A stretch of 64,000 nt of DNA from Clostridia bacterium (lineage in GTDB: Bacteria; Bacillota; Clostridia; Christensenellales; Aristaeellaceae): contig JAFYVB010000019.1 in the NCBI GenBank assembly GCA_017549335.1, forward strand, positions 241 to 64,240. Reading direction: 5' to 3'. How positions within the stretch are numbered: the first letter of the stretch is position 1; every line of letters begins with the position of its first letter. Positions 35,209 to 45,409 of this stretch are shown piece after piece. The position numbers and the translations under genes are program-made. The notes under the pieces are model-generated. The model saw only the letters and a program-made list of their open reading frames with translations, was not told where the DNA came from and ran no database searches.

Positions 35209-36525
35209 ATGACTGTTTCGGAAAACCGCATTTTTGATCTGTCAATGATCTGGAAACAGGCTTCCGCCCTGTTTCCCTATTTTGACAAACTCGATATGAA
35301 CTGGGATCAGGTCTATCTCAAGTATCTTTCAAAGCTCTCCGATTCATTGTCTGAAATGGAGTTTCATCTTCTCCTTGCAGAGTTTACCAACCAACTTTGC
35401 GACGGTCATACCGATTATTCTCTGCCCCGTTCCTTACGCAGCAGTCATGGTTTTTTCCCTTTTTCGCTGCGGCTTGTCGAGAACCGTTACTATATTGATA
35501 CTGCGCCACGCGCCTATGAAGAACTTCTTTATCAGCCTATTCTCGCAATTAATCACATGCCCATTGAGCAGTTGATCACTCAATTGTTCCGCTATTGCTA
35601 TCATGTTGACACATATATACCCGGATACCGTCTTCATCATTTTCTTCCCTTTCTTCTAAATCCTGCGGGAAATATTCTGTCAACAGAAAAAGGCGAATAC
35701 GCCTTTGATCTTCTCCCCGAAATTCCACGCGAGCTTCAGGCTGCCGAAATTTCTCTACCCCGTGGTTTTTTGTTGCTTAAGCAAAACAAACTGGACATCC
35801 GTCTGTATGATGAAAGCATTCTGTATGTCCGAATTGACGATTTTCTCTACAGGGAAGCTGCGGATGAAATACGCGCCGCTCTTCAAAATGCAAACGGTAT
35901 AAAAGGATTGATCGTCGATGTGCGCGAAAACATCGGCGGCATGACCATATATGGCGCTGAGGTTGCCAAACTTCTCATATCGGGAGAGTTTCAGGCTTGC
36001 AGCAAACGCACCCGCTTAACAAAGGGCGTTGATTTTGCATCGGCCAGCCAACTGTCCAGATGGAGCGAAGAGCGAATCAACAAGCATATTACAGACGGCT
36101 ATTCCACACGCGAAGAAATGGAAGAGAGCCTTCAATATATAAAGAATGCGCATTTCTTTCACTATCAGGATCGCTTTGGTTCTCCTAATCACACCGCTCT
36201 ATTTAACGGTCCCTGCGTGCTCTTGAGCTCCCGTCATACGCTGTCTGCCGCAGAAGATTTCACCGCGATGTTCAAAACAAATAAGCGCGCCGTCATCATC
36301 GGCGCTCCCACCAGCGGTACCACAGGAACGCCTCTTATCCAACAGCTTTCCTGCGGCGGAATGCTTCGTGTATGCTCGGTGGGCTACCGTCTGCTCGACG
36401 GAACGGAGTTTATCGGCCGTGGCATCGAGCCGGATATTCCTTGCGAGCTAACCTTAGACGATTACCGGAAGGGATACGATTCCGTTTTAGAAAAAGGGCT
36501 CTCCCATCTCAAAACGCTGCTGTAA
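35209..36525 (+). CDS. S41-family peptidase
   Basis: GLIVDVRENIGG and LSAAEDF motifs. AAGGAGG RBS. Confidence 0.8.
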   Translation: MTVSENRIFDLSMIWKQASALFPYFDKLDMNWDQVYLKYLSKLSDSLSEMEFHLLLAEFTNQLCDGHTDYSLPRSLRSSHGFFPFSLRLVENRYYIDTAPRAYEELLYQPILAINHMPIEQLITQLFRYCYHVDTYIPGYRLHHFLPFLLNPAGNILSTEKGEYAFDLLPEIPRELQAAEISLPRGFLLLKQNKLDIRLYDESILYVRIDDFLYREAADEIRAALQNANGIKGLIVDVRENIGGMTIYGAEVAKLLISGEFQACSKRTRLTKGVDFASASQLSRWSEERINKHITDGYSTREEMEESLQYIKNAHFFHYQDRFGSPNHTALFNGPCVLLSSRHTLSAAEDFTAMFKTNKRAVIIGAPTSGTTGTPLIQQLSCGGMLRVCSVGYRLLDGTEFIGRGIEPDIPCELTLDDYRKGYDSVLEKGLSHLKTLL

Positions 36526-36531
36526 CACGAT

Positions 36532-36562
36532 AAAAGCGATACGCTTCAAGCGTATCGCTTTT
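36532..36562. terminator. bidirectional terminator
   Basis: AAAAGCGATACGC-N5-GCGTATCGCTTTT. Confidence 0.7.
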
Positions 36563-36566
36563 CATA

Positions 36567-37667
36567 TTACACATATACTCTTGGCACACGTTTTCCGATG
36601 ACAGCCGTTGCTTCATTGCGGTTGAGAGCGCCGATGCCGGCATATTCTCTCAGGGTGATATCGTCACCCAGCAGCGTCACGGCATCGCCTGCGCGAACGC
36701 CTTCGATATCCGTTACGTCCACCATCATCTGATCCATGCACAGCAGGCTATTGACCGGAGCGCGCTTGCCGCGAACAAGAACGACGCCTTTAAAGCTCAT
36801 CACCCGGGGATAACCGTCCACATAACCGCAGGAAACGGCAGCAATGCGACTGTCGCGCTCCATTTTATGATCATCGTCGTATCCGAGATACTCGCCTTTT
36901 TTCACATCAAACACTCGCATAACGCGAGCCATAAAGCGGGCAACAGGACGAACTCTTTCAGGATTTTCAAACCGCTGAGGATAATTACCGTAGAGCAGCG
37001 CTCCCACGCGCACGGCGTCATACTGCCATTCGGGATAGCGTACCAGGCCGATGGAATCCAGCATATGAGCAAACTTTACGTTAATGCCCTTTTCTTTCAG
37101 ACCGCTTCTTACGCTTTCAAAAGCACCGTGCTGGGCGATATCGCTTTCACGGTCATGGAGGGCAAGATGGGTATAAAGCCCCTCTGCCACGATCCCCGAC
37201 ATATAAGCGCACTGCTCGATCTTATCCACCGCTTCGTGAGGCTCAAAGCCAATGCGGTGAAGGCCTGTATCCACCTTGAAGTGCACATAGGCCTGCCGCC
37301 CTGTTTCCTGAGTGGCTTCGGATATACGAAGCGCAGCCGGCAGACTTCCCGCCGTCAGGCGAATGCCTTGCAATACGGCGCCCTCGATATTGCCGTCCAG
37401 CGTTTCGCCCATGCACAGAATCCATGCATCAGGCAGCGCTTCACGGAGGATAAAAGCTTCGTCAAGGCTGGCGACAGCAAACATCCTCACGCCGTTTTCC
37501 CACAGGCATCTGCCCACAGCGGGCGCACCCATGCCGTAAGCATCCGCCTTCAAAACGGCGATCAGGTTCGTATCCTTTTTGAGATACGTTTGCGTTAACT
37601 GCAGATTATTTTTAACAGCGCCAAGATCCACTTCAAGCCAGCAGCGGGCGCGGGGATGATCCAGCAT
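36567..37667 (-). CDS. alr: alanine racemase
   Basis: PLP-lysine motif AVLKADAYGMG. 366 aa. Confidence 0.9.
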   Translation of the reverse strand: MLDHPRARCWLEVDLGAVKNNLQLTQTYLKKDTNLIAVLKADAYGMGAPAVGRCLWENGVRMFAVASLDEAFILREALPDAWILCMGETLDGNIEGAVLQGIRLTAGSLPAALRISEATQETGRQAYVHFKVDTGLHRIGFEPHEAVDKIEQCAYMSGIVAEGLYTHLALHDRESDIAQHGAFESVRSGLKEKGINVKFAHMLDSIGLVRYPEWQYDAVRVGALLYGNYPQRFENPERVRPVARFMARVMRVFDVKKGEYLGYDDDHKMERDSRIAAVSCGYVDGYPRVMSFKGVVLVRGKRAPVNSLLCMDQMMVDVTDIEGVRAGDAVTLLGDDITLREYAGIGALNRNEATAVIGKRVPRVYV

Positions 37668-37669
37668 AT

Positions 37670-38602
37670 TTACGCTTCCTTACAGATATTCTCGTATTCG
37701 GTCAGTTCCCTGACGTTGCCAAGCACAAAATGGCCCGGCTCAATCTCCACCCATCGGGGAAGATCGGTGGAATAATCATGTACCGATTCATCGTAAACCA
37801 GCGGCACCTTGCTTTTTTCATACGCCGGGTTGGGCATGGGCACAGCACTGAGCAGTGCACGGGTATAAGGATGCAGCGGGCGATGGAACAGCGTTTCGGT
37901 ATCCGCCAGTTCAACCAGCACACCCTTGTGGATCACAGCGATGCGGTCGCAGATAAAGCGCATGACCGACAGATCATGAGAGATAAACAGATAGGTCAAG
38001 CCGCGCTTTTTCTGCAGCTGGCTCATGAGGTTGAGCACCTGCGCACGGATGGATACATCCAGCGCGGAGATGGGTTCATCGGCAATGATGAAATCGGGAC
38101 GCATGATCAACGCACGGGCAATACCGATGCGCTGACGCTGACCGCCCGAAAACTCATGGGGAAAGCGGCTGGCAAATTCAGGCAGCAGGCCCACGTCCAT
38201 CAGCGCTTCTTCCACCATCTGCGTACGCTGTTCACGGGTCAGCTTTTCGCCGGTGTTGTACAGACCTTCACTGACGATATAATCCACCTTTGCACGCTCG
38301 TTCAGCGATGCCATGGGGTCCTGGAAAATCATCTGCACTTCCCGCGTCACGCGGTGATCCAGTTCTTTGGAAATCTTTCCGTTTATCTTCTGACCTTTGT
38401 AGATGATCTCGCCTGCCGAGGTGGGATATACGCGGATAATGGATCGTCCGATGGTGGTTTTTCCGCTGCCGGATTCGCCCACCAGGCCAAAGGTTTCGCC
38501 GGCATAAATATCAAAGGAAACGCCGCGCACGGCTTCAAACTTCTTACGGCGTTCACCGAAAGATACGTGCAGATCACGCACCGAAAGAATCACGTCACTC
38601 AT
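37670..38602 (-). CDS. oppF: oligopeptide ABC transporter ATP-binding protein
   Basis: [17 protein letters not shown]-type signature (FSGGQRQR) and a C-terminal oligopeptide domain. Confidence 0.9.
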   Translation of the reverse strand: MSDVILSVRDLHVSFGERRKKFEAVRGVSFDIYAGETFGLVGESGSGKTTIGRSIIRVYPTSAGEIIYKGQKINGKISKELDHRVTREVQMIFQDPMASLNERAKVDYIVSEGLYNTGEKLTREQRTQMVEEALMDVGLLPEFASRFPHEFSGGQRQRIGIARALIMRPDFIIADEPISALDVSIRAQVLNLMSQLQKKRGLTYLFISHDLSVMRFICDRIAVIHKGVLVELADTETLFHRPLHPYTRALLSAVPMPNPAYEKSKVPLVYDESVHDYSTDLPRWVEIEPGHFVLGNVRELTEYENICKEA

Positions 38603-39641
38603 ACAGGCTCCCTCCCTCCGGCGTCAGGCGTTTCAAAGCTTCCGGCGGCTCCACCTTGGGTGCGCGTTCATCCATCAGCCAGGATCGTACCTTATGGGTT
38701 TCGGATACGTCAAAATAAGGCGGACGCTCCACAAAATCAATGTTCAGCGCCTGGGGATTGCGGGCGGCGAAGGCATCGCCGTTGATCTCGTTAAACAAAT
38801 TGGGCGGGGTACCGCGGATGGAGAAAAGCTCCTCCCCCTTCACGCCAAGCTGCGGAAGGGAGGACAAAAGCGCCCAGGTATAAGGATGCCGGGGCGAATA
38901 GTAGATCTCCTCGCAAGTGCCGACTTCAACGATATCGCCCGCATACATAACGGCAATGCGGTCGGCCACGTTGGCGACAACGCCAAGGTCGTGGGTGATA
39001 TAAACAGTGGTCAGCTGATACTTGCGAACAAGGTTCTTGATCAGCTGCAAAATCTGCGCCTGAATCGTTACGTCAAGAGCCGTCGTAGGCTCGTCGCAGA
39101 TCAGAATCTTGGGATTGCAGGCGATCGCAATGGCAATTACGGCACGCTGCCGCATACCGCCCGAAAATTCGTGGGGATACTGCTTTGCACGACGTTCAGG
39201 TTCTGTGATACCCACGTCTGTGAGAATTTCACAAATGCGCTTTTGCGCCTCTTCCCCTTTCAATCCCTGATGCAATTTCAGTGCTTCACCGATCTGCGCA
39301 CCGATGGTTTTCAGAGGATTGAGGCTGGTCATGGGATCCTGCAGTACCATAGCGACCTCACGACCGCGGATCTTCAGCCACTGCTTTTCGGTTTTATATT
39401 GCGCCAGATCCTCGCCGTTGTAGAGGATGCTGCCGCTGTCCACCCAGCCGTTCTGATCCAATAAGCCCATGAATGTTTTGGTCAGCACCGATTTGCCGCT
39501 GCCCGATTCCCCAACGATCGCAAAGCTTTCGCCCTTGTACAGGTCAAGGGATACGCCGCGAATGGCATGAAGCACCCTGCCGCGAAGGCTGAACTTCACG
39601 TTCAAGTCGCGCACGGATAAAACAACTTCTTTGTTTTCCAT
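38595..39641 (-). CDS. oppD: oligopeptide ABC transporter ATP-binding protein
   Basis: GESGSGKSV and [18 protein letters not shown]. Confidence 0.9.
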   Translation of the reverse strand: MENKEVVLSVRDLNVKFSLRGRVLHAIRGVSLDLYKGESFAIVGESGSGKSVLTKTFMGLLDQNGWVDSGSILYNGEDLAQYKTEKQWLKIRGREVAMVLQDPMTSLNPLKTIGAQIGEALKLHQGLKGEEAQKRICEILTDVGITEPERRAKQYPHEFSGGMRQRAVIAIAIACNPKILICDEPTTALDVTIQAQILQLIKNLVRKYQLTTVYITHDLGVVANVADRIAVMYAGDIVEVGTCEEIYYSPRHPYTWALLSSLPQLGVKGEELFSIRGTPPNLFNEINGDAFAARNPQALNIDFVERPPYFDVSETHKVRSWLMDERAPKVEPPEALKRLTPEGGSLYE

Positions 39642-39653
39642 TACGCATCCTCC

Positions 39654-41057
39654 TTACAGGTGATTCTTGGGATCGGCGGCATCGGCAAAGGCATTGCCGA
39701 TGATGTAGAAAGAAATGGTGATGATGGACAATACGATGGTCGGGAACACCAGCTGATAGCTATGGGAAGTGGAGATCAGCTTGCGGCCGATGTTGATCAG
39801 GTTGCCCAAAGACGGCGTACTGACGGGGAGACCCAAACCAATGTAAGTAATGAACACTTCGTTGCCGATGGCGCCGGGCACAGCAAGGGACATACGCAGC
39901 GTAATGACCGAAACAAGATAAGGCAGCAGGTTGCGGTAAATAATGCGCAGCGTGCCCGTTCCCAGGCAGCGGGAAGCAAGGTTATAATCGCGGTCGCGGA
40001 TGATGATGATCTGATTGCGGATAAAGCGTGCCATGCCCACCCAGCCCGTCAGGCTCATGGCAAAGATCAGCGTGCCAACGCCGGGACGGAGGATGTAGGC
40101 AATGAGGATCAGCACGATGGTGGTGGGAATGTTGTTGACCACGTTGTAGATTTCCGTCAGCAGACGGTCAAGCTTGCGAACGTACCCCCACAAAACGCCC
40201 ACAACAATACCGATGATCGCTTCGATCAGGGCAACGACAAAGCCGATAAACAAGGAAGTGCGGGTGCCTGACCACACCAGCGCCCACAGATCCTGACCCA
40301 GGTTGTTGGTACCGAACAGGAAAGGCGCATCATCGGGAAGAATGCGCAGTTCACATTCTTCGGTGGTCACGGCGGTGTCGCCGCTGATCGACAGGTACTT
40401 CTTTTCAACGAACAGGTCGTCGCCGTCATTGGAGAAATCTACCGGCGAGGTATACAGCTTCGTCTTAAAGCCCGAACGGGATTCATAGGGCACCTTGTAA
40501 GGATCGGCGGGAAGCTTCAGCTGGGTAGTAAAATCGTTTTTCACATAGCCGGTCATCCCGTTATAATCCACCTTGCAGTAATCCTTGCCGTATTCGATCA
40601 CGGTAAAGATCTCACGAGCTTTTACGTCGCTGAGCACGTTGCCCACAGCAATCCACTGTTCGTCGCCGTATTCCTTAACGATCAGCTCCGTCCCCTTGGG
40701 CGCTTTGGCCTTCACCGTGGTAAGCGCGGGCGGAACGTTGCTCACCTGCATTCCGGTGATGGGATGATTGATGATCAGGTTGGCTTTATGCTGTTTAGGC
40801 AGAACAGGCTGAATGAAGGTAAACGCCATCAGAAGAACCAGGACAATCAAAAGCGTTACAGCCAGCTTATTCTTGAAAAACACACGGAAGGTGCTGCCCC
40901 AGTAGGAGTAATTGGAATAGCCCGTTTTTTCAGCTGCGTCCGGATTGTAGGGCGCAAAGCCGAAGGGATTCTTTTTTCCGGCTTCGATTTTCTTTTCAAG
41001 CTCGGCGCTCATGCGTTTTTCAACGGGAGCAGCCTTCAAATTACGAAAAAGTCCCAT
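39654..41057 (-). CDS. oppC: oligopeptide ABC permease with enlarged extracytoplasmic loop
   Basis: The C-terminal 220 aa are a typical OppC/DppC permease core. A ~160-aa insert follows TM1. TAATG overlap with oppB. Confidence 0.9.
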   Translation of the reverse strand: MGLFRNLKAAPVEKRMSAELEKKIEAGKKNPFGFAPYNPDAAEKTGYSNYSYWGSTFRVFFKNKLAVTLLIVLVLLMAFTFIQPVLPKQHKANLIINHPITGMQVSNVPPALTTVKAKAPKGTELIVKEYGDEQWIAVGNVLSDVKAREIFTVIEYGKDYCKVDYNGMTGYVKNDFTTQLKLPADPYKVPYESRSGFKTKLYTSPVDFSNDGDDLFVEKKYLSISGDTAVTTEECELRILPDDAPFLFGTNNLGQDLWALVWSGTRTSLFIGFVVALIEAIIGIVVGVLWGYVRKLDRLLTEIYNVVNNIPTTIVLILIAYILRPGVGTLIFAMSLTGWVGMARFIRNQIIIIRDRDYNLASRCLGTGTLRIIYRNLLPYLVSVITLRMSLAVPGAIGNEVFITYIGLGLPVSTPSLGNLINIGRKLISTSHSYQLVFPTIVLSIITISFYIIGNAFADAADPKNHL

Positions 41058-41998
41058 TATCTTGCACCCTCCTTCTTTGCAAAGGTGATGCGCGGATCGA
41101 TTGCCGTCATCAGCAGGTCGCCCAACAGAAGCCCGATAATGCCGATACAGCTGTAAATCATAACGATCGCCTGCACCATGGGATTATCCTGACGGTTAAT
41201 CACGTCTACCAGCAAGCCGCCCATACCGGGCACAGAGTAGAGCGATTCGATATAAATCGAGCCGCAGATCGTGTACATCAGCGAAGTGGGAATATACTGC
41301 ACCATGGGCACGAAAGCGTTGCGGAAAACGTGGCGCATGGTGATCTTTTTATTTTCAACGCCCTTGGCGCGGGCAAGCTTTACATAATCCTTATTCAGTT
41401 CATCCACCATATAGCGGCGCAGCCACATAGCATAATAGGCGATGTTGCCAAGTGCCATGGAGAAGATGGGCAGGATCCACGTCTGCCATTCGGAGCGGTT
41501 GAACAGCATGGGAACGCCCAGCGCCTTTGCGCCGTAGGACTGCAGATAAATATAATAAACGGCAGCTGGCACCGCATTTACAAACACAATAAACGCTGTG
41601 CCGAACTTATCCCAGAATTTCGATTTTGAACGGGCCATGGCAGCGCCCAGAGGCAAACCCAGCGCCATAGCGAGAATCATGGATATAATGCCCAGCAGCG
41701 CCGAAACGGGCGCCTTCTGCGCAATAATGCCGGTAATGGGCGCATCCACACTGTAACGGGCGGAAGTGCCCAGATCGCCTTTGAGAAGATTCTTGAAAAA
41801 ATGAAGCAGCTGAACCGGCATGGGATCGTTCAGCCCCATCTTGTCCAGCTTGGCCTGAATAATATTTTCGTCCAGCTTGTCGTAGTTGTCAAAATAGCCC
41901 TCGATGGGCATTTGACGCACGAGAACAAAAACGACGGTCAATACGATGACCAACGTCAGGATCGCAGATAATAATCTTTTCAGTACGTACTTGGTCAA
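41057..41998 (-). CDS. oppB: oligopeptide ABC permease
   Basis: TTG 41998 follows AAGGAG, with the N-terminus LTKYVLKRLL. The GTG at 42028 is an alternative start. Confidence 0.85.
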   Translation of the reverse strand: MTKYVLKRLLSAILTLVIVLTVVFVLVRQMPIEGYFDNYDKLDENIIQAKLDKMGLNDPMPVQLLHFFKNLLKGDLGTSARYSVDAPITGIIAQKAPVSALLGIISMILAMALGLPLGAAMARSKSKFWDKFGTAFIVFVNAVPAAVYYIYLQSYGAKALGVPMLFNRSEWQTWILPIFSMALGNIAYYAMWLRRYMVDELNKDYVKLARAKGVENKKITMRHVFRNAFVPMVQYIPTSLMYTICGSIYIESLYSVPGMGGLLVDVINRQDNPMVQAIVMIYSCIGIIGLLLGDLLMTAIDPRITFAKKEGAR

Positions 41999-42104
41999 AA
42001 TGCGCTCCTTGCTCCTCTGCAAACGCACTTCACAGAGGCATTGCTGCGGCAGGAGACACTTTCATGTCCCCTGCCGCATTTCACTTCATGTTTTAAACGG
42101 TATT

Positions 42105-44018
42105 TTATTTGTTGTTCAGCGCTTCACGGGCTTCGAGCCACTTGTCGTAGGCATCGTAGTACATTACGGTGCTCATGGGCTTATCCAGAAGCTTGGAACC
42201 CTTATAGCGTTCGTTGGAGATGCCGAAGGGCGCAAACTGCTGAGTGAAGGGATCGATACGGCTGGCCGTATAACCGCCGTTGCCCGTGCCGAAGGGAATG
42301 GTCAGCGCATGATTGATCAGGAAAGCTTCGGCCTTGGCATACGCCAGATAACGAGCCTGAATGTCATCGGTGATGGCATGAGCGGCGTTGACCAGCTTGT
42401 AGTATTCGTCGGTCAGGTTCTTAATGCCGGCATGATCGACAATGAACTGATAACTGTTGCCTTCGGACTTGAAAATCTCGGTGTAGGTCTGGGGATCGGC
42501 ATAGTCGGGACCCCAGTTGGTCTTCATGATGCAATAGTTTCCGGCGCGGCGGGTAGCGTTGAGGAAGCCGGAAGAGGGATAACCCTCGATGATGACGTCA
42601 ATGTAATCCTTGCCCAGCAGATCTTCCAGCTGCTGTTCAACGATCTGGGATTCTTCCGCCCAGCCGCCGACGCTGGTATTGTAAGGCATATAAACCAGCA
42701 CGGGGAAGGTTACGGTATCCTTCAGTTCTTCGATGGCCGCCGCCTTGTACTTGAGCGCTTCCTCGGCATTGAAGGTGGCGCCGCCCTTGGCGGTGATGCC
42801 GGCCAGTTCACCCATGTTCACATAGTCCGTACCCTGATAGGTTACGAAGTTGGGAGGAGTGATGCTGTTGAAAATCAGCTCAGCGGCGTTGTCGGGATCG
42901 GTGATGGTCATGGCCTTCACGCGGTCAAGACCGGCAAAGATGGACTGACGGAAGTTCTCGCTGGTAACAGCCTTTTCCCAGTTGTCAGGCTGATACTTCG
43001 CATCCAGGCCCTTGTGGGGATTGAAGTTGAAGGAGTAGAAGTAGGAGTAGAAGCTGGTCTGGCGGACAGGGCGGATGTAATCAGCCTTGACGGGATCAGC
43101 CAGCCACTGAGCGGCTACGTCGTTGTCGATGGAAGCGGAGTCCACCTCACCCTGCAGATAGAGGGTAGAGGAAATGGTGGAAGATTCCTTGTTGTACTTG
43201 TAGGAAACCTTCTCAATGTGCACGTTGGCGACGTCCCAGCCCAGAGCATTCTTGGTAAGAACGCGTTTTTCCTGAGGCTTGAACTCGCTCAGATAGTAAG
43301 CGCCGCAGTAGAGCAGGGTATCGTTGCCGGTGGCAAGGCCGAACTGCGCACCCTTTTCGGTGAGGAAAGGCTCATACACAGGCATGAAGGTCACGTACGT
43401 GGTCATGGACAGGAAATAGGGAGTGGGCGTAACCAGCGTGTACTCAAGGGTGTACTTATCCAGCGCCTTGATGCCCACGGTTTCAAAGTCCATCACAGGA
43501 GCGGGAGCTTCGCCTTCCTTGGGAGTGGAAGTGCCCTTGTAATAGGCTTTGGCGCCGACAATTACGTCGTAAAGAATATTGGCGGTACCGGAAGCATTCT
43601 TCGCATCCAGAATGTACTTGGCGGCAGCCACAAAGTCATTGGCCGTCACTTCGGCAACCTCTTTGCCGTTGCCATCCACCCACTTGACGCCGGGACGGAT
43701 CTTGAACGTCCAGGTCAGACCGTCAGGGCTGTTCACCCAGCTTTCAGCCAGAGAGGGCTTCACCTGACCGAATTCATCGTATTCGACCAGCGTATCGATC
43801 ACATTGGCCGCCAGCGCAAATTCGTTGGTGGTGGAAGTAGTCAGATAGTTCAGAGAAGTAACCTCGCCGGAATAAAGCGTGCTATACTCATTCTTCGCGA
43901 CCCAACCGGGCTTCTTTGCACCGTCGCGCAGCAGGAACCAATAGCCTGCGAAGGCAGCGGCAGCAACCACAAGGACAGCCACAGCAATAATCAGCCACTT
44001 TTTAGAATTCTTTTTCAC
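42105..44018 (-). CDS. oppA: peptide ABC substrate-binding protein (family 5), membrane-anchored
   Basis: GTG 44018 lies 7 nt after AAGGAGG. The N-terminal hydrophobic anchor has no lipobox Cys. 637 aa. Confidence 0.85.
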   Translation of the reverse strand: MKKNSKKWLIIAVAVLVVAAAAFAGYWFLLRDGAKKPGWVAKNEYSTLYSGEVTSLNYLTTSTTNEFALAANVIDTLVEYDEFGQVKPSLAESWVNSPDGLTWTFKIRPGVKWVDGNGKEVAEVTANDFVAAAKYILDAKNASGTANILYDVIVGAKAYYKGTSTPKEGEAPAPVMDFETVGIKALDKYTLEYTLVTPTPYFLSMTTYVTFMPVYEPFLTEKGAQFGLATGNDTLLYCGAYYLSEFKPQEKRVLTKNALGWDVANVHIEKVSYKYNKESSTISSTLYLQGEVDSASIDNDVAAQWLADPVKADYIRPVRQTSFYSYFYSFNFNPHKGLDAKYQPDNWEKAVTSENFRQSIFAGLDRVKAMTITDPDNAAELIFNSITPPNFVTYQGTDYVNMGELAGITAKGGATFNAEEALKYKAAAIEELKDTVTFPVLVYMPYNTSVGGWAEESQIVEQQLEDLLGKDYIDVIIEGYPSSGFLNATRRAGNYCIMKTNWGPDYADPQTYTEIFKSEGNSYQFIVDHAGIKNLTDEYYKLVNAAHAITDDIQARYLAYAKAEAFLINHALTIPFGTGNGGYTASRIDPFTQQFAPFGISNERYKGSKLLDKPMSTVMYYDAYDKWLEAREALNNK

Positions 44019-44300
44019 GTTTTGTTCCTCCTTATCCGTTGATATCATCCATTTCCCGCGGTTTCACCGTCGAGTTGAATCATCGTTGTTGGGATTTTAG
44101 CATACACCGTTTCACTTTGCAATGTATTCTTTTAAAAAATCCAGTTTTGCACTGTATTTATTCTGTATATATCCGAATTTGCAGGATTCCGTTTTCGTTT
44201 CTTCGTTTCTGCAGCTTCAAAAGCGATTTTGTATCTTTCACAGGATCCGATTCCGCGTCTTCAATCAAAAAACCATGTGCATGATCCCTTACATTTGCAA

Positions 44301-44329
44301 AATATAAGGGATTTTTCTGCACATGTCAA
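44301..44329 (-). promoter_or_regulatory. sigma-A promoter candidate for the opp operon
   Basis: On the minus strand: TTGACA, a 17-nt spacer, then TATATT. Confidence 0.5.
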
Positions 44330-44353
44330 GCATAATATGGTTTTTTGTGCAAA

Positions 44354-45337
44354 TCATCTCCACTTTTGCACAATATTCACATTGCGATAATAATAATGTA
44401 TGATTTCATCCGCAGTTTTCCCTTCTTTTGCCATGGCATAAGCGCCCCATTGCGACATTCCCACGCCGTGTCCATAGCCTTTTCCGTTAAAAACCACCTT
44501 GCCGTCCATAAAAGAAACGGAAGTCAGAAGGGTGGATTTCATCTCTGCACTGCCAAGGGAAATGCGCAGTTCGTTGGCAGGAACATTTTTCCCGTTGATT
44601 TCAATATATTTGCACCTGCCGCTTTCCCCCTTTTCCCCCGCCGCAACGCTTTCGATCTTATCTCCCACCTTTACACCGCACTTTTTCGCAGCCTCCAGCA
44701 CTTCATCGGGCGAAAACGCCGCCGTCCACGACTTTGCTTTCCCGTCGGCCGATTCATCCTCCGTGCTCTTTACGCTTTGCGTATAGGGAGCTTCTTCCCG
44801 ATAGCTCAGCCCTTCCCCCGCCTGCGCGGTACGTCCGCCCGAATGCGCATGGAACCATGCATAGATCGGTTCTCCCCGGTAGGCAACGATCAACCCGCGG
44901 GTCGCTTCCACGGCCCGCTTTATGTTCTCATTGATTTCCGCAGCGTTATATGCCTGCGCTTCCTCGATATCGGTGGATATATCCGCGCCCTCGTACTTGC
45001 TTTGCTTTTCGGAAAGAAACTTGATCACAAAGGTTCTTGCAAGGATCGCCTGCGCCTTGAGCGCTTCTTCCGGCCAGTCGTTTTTCATTTCGCCGGCAAG
45101 CACGCCGCACAGATAGCTTTCAATATCCATTTCCCTGATTTGCTTTTCATCGGTAATGTACACGCGAATCTTCGGCACACCGTTTTCGTCCAGTCTTACC
45201 GTATCGGGCAGGTTTGGATCAAAAGAAATTTCGTTTTCGTTTCCCGGTATTCTTTCTTCTCCTCTCGTTGCCGCTTTGCAGCCCGAAAGCAGCACAACGG
45301 CAGCCAGCAACAGACAGAGCAGTTTATATATCTTCAT
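44354..45337 (-). CDS. spoIID: stage II sporulation protein D (SpoIID/LytB domain), lipoprotein
   Basis: Lipobox LLSGC. GYGHGVGMSQWGA motif. Confidence 0.9.
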   Translation of the reverse strand: MKIYKLLCLLLAAVVLLSGCKAATRGEERIPGNENEISFDPNLPDTVRLDENGVPKIRVYITDEKQIREMDIESYLCGVLAGEMKNDWPEEALKAQAILARTFVIKFLSEKQSKYEGADISTDIEEAQAYNAAEINENIKRAVEATRGLIVAYRGEPIYAWFHAHSGGRTAQAGEGLSYREEAPYTQSVKSTEDESADGKAKSWTAAFSPDEVLEAAKKCGVKVGDKIESVAAGEKGESGRCKYIEINGKNVPANELRISLGSAEMKSTLLTSVSFMDGKVVFNGKGYGHGVGMSQWGAYAMAKEGKTADEIIHYYYRNVNIVQKWR

Positions 45338-45345
45338 AAAAAAAA

Positions 45346-45400
45346 TCGCCTCCCGAAGCTATTGTATCCCAAAAGATACCTTTGCATTCGGGAAGCGATC
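45346..45400 (-). terminator. radA terminator (composite hairpin + U8) abutting the spoIID start codon
   Basis: On the minus strand: GATCGCTTCCCGAA...(inner GTATC-N6-GATAC)...TTCGGGAGGCGAT, then TTTTTTTT, then the spoIID ATG. Confidence 0.6.
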
Positions 45401-45409
45401 GGATTTTGA

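Noticed and set aside
41946-44042. 698-aa plus-strand ORF opposite oppA/oppB
   Set aside because: It is a shadow ORF of the substrate-binding protein gene. The Gly/Val/Ile-rich pseudo-sequence has no motif.
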